From: Octopus sinensis
Taxonomy: Eukaryota
Direction of reading: 5' to 3'
DNA: 64,000 bases
NCBI RefSeq assembly: GCF_006345805.1
Contig: NC_043004.1
Location: 2,914,001 to 2,978,000, forward strand
Made by a program: the position numbers and the translations under genes
In this document: positions 63,339 through 64,000 of the stretch, piece by piece
Layout: each line of letters begins with the position of its first letter
Position numbering within the stretch: the stretch's first letter is position 1
The notes under the pieces: generated by a model
Told to the model about the DNA's origin: nothing
What the model saw: only the letters and a program-made list of their open reading frames with translations
The model's database searches: none

Positions 63339-63734
63339 TGGCTGTGTGGCAAGTAGCTTGCTAACCAGCCACATGGTTCCGGGTTCAGTCCCACTGCGTG
63401 GCATCTTGGGCAAGTGTCTTCTACTATAGCCTCGGGCCGACCAAAGCCTTGTGAGTGGATTTGGTAGACGGAAACTGAAAGAAGCCCGTCGTATATATGT
63501 ATATATATATATGTGTGTTTATCTTTGTGTGTCTGCGTTTGTCCCCCTAGCATTGCTTGACAACTGATGCTGGTGTGTTTACGTCGCCGTCAATTAGCGG
63601 TTCGCCAAAAGAGACCGATAGAATAAGTACTGGGCTTACAAAGAATAAGTCCCGTGGTCGATTTGCTCGACTAAAGACGGTGCTCCAGCATGGCCGCAGT
63701 CAAATGACTGAAACAAGTAAACGAGTAAACGAAT
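63339..63734 (+). mobile_element. SINE family B, near full length
   Basis: All modules are present. Tail ggtgctccagcatggccgcagtcaaatgactgaaacaagta. Confidence 0.9.
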
Positions 63735-63754
63735 ATATATATATATAAAGTAAT

Positions 63755-64000
63755 GTTCGAGCCGATTTACTGCGGTTTTTTAACTCCAAGAATATATCTC
63801 CATTATCTGGTTAACAATGCACAACTGCATCCGATATATTGCGAACAGGGGAGCGAACCCCTATCACATTCTAGCGACTGGACCAGCAGACATGTCTGGT
63901 TTCGGGCTATTTCTGCCTCTCTTCAGTAGCAGCACCTCGCCTGCTACAGATGGCAGTAGCTCGCCTCTGCTCGCAATATATATATAAATTCAAGCGACAC
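63755..64000 (-). mobile_element. Penelope pLTR-like repeat carrying a hammerhead with an extended stem III
   Basis: Inferred from the hammerhead motif and the GC-richer composition following a (TA)n run. Confidence 0.45.
63874..63933 (-). ncRNA. Type I hammerhead ribozyme candidate
   Basis: gctgcta CTGAAGA gaggc agaaata gccc GAA ACCAG acatgtctg CTGGT C cagtcgc: intact core, 5-bp stem III, GUC site at 63881, imperfect stems I and II. Confidence 0.7.

Noticed and set aside
1489-63734. tRNA genes
   Set aside because: The A/B-box segments are SINE heads fused to repeat bodies, without a complete cloverleaf or acceptor stem.
835-63748. Most ORFs in the six-frame track (poly-IY, HT, CV, LS, N, K/E/R)
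   Set aside because: They are translations of microsatellites or SINE bodies, with no domain content.

Overview
AT-rich, repeat-dense eukaryotic DNA, probably intronic or intergenic. It is most likely octopus (coleoid cephalopod); this is inferred from my recollection of octopus tRNA-derived SINE families and is not verified. No intact host gene is recognisable, and almost all listed ORFs are microsatellite artefacts. The window contains four tRNA-headed SINE families (called A-D here), several with 12-18 bp target-site duplications (TSDs). It also has decayed LINE fragments (RTE, RTE-BovB-like, CR1/L2-like, R4/Dong-like), Tc1/mariner-type MITEs, and many microsatellites. The most notable signal is a ribozyme and foldback layer. 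(1) Family D is a Pol III/tRNA-headed element carrying a Penelope-type minimal hammerhead ribozyme, and one copy has a 12-bp TSD. (2) At least three further unrelated hammerhead-bearing repeat families are present. (3) Several long, near-perfect head-to-head palindromes occur, with apices inside or next to hammerhead-like or SINE sequence. A complete ~400-bp bipartite (5'+3') non-autonomous RTE derivative is also present. All coordinates were read by eye and may be off by a few bases.
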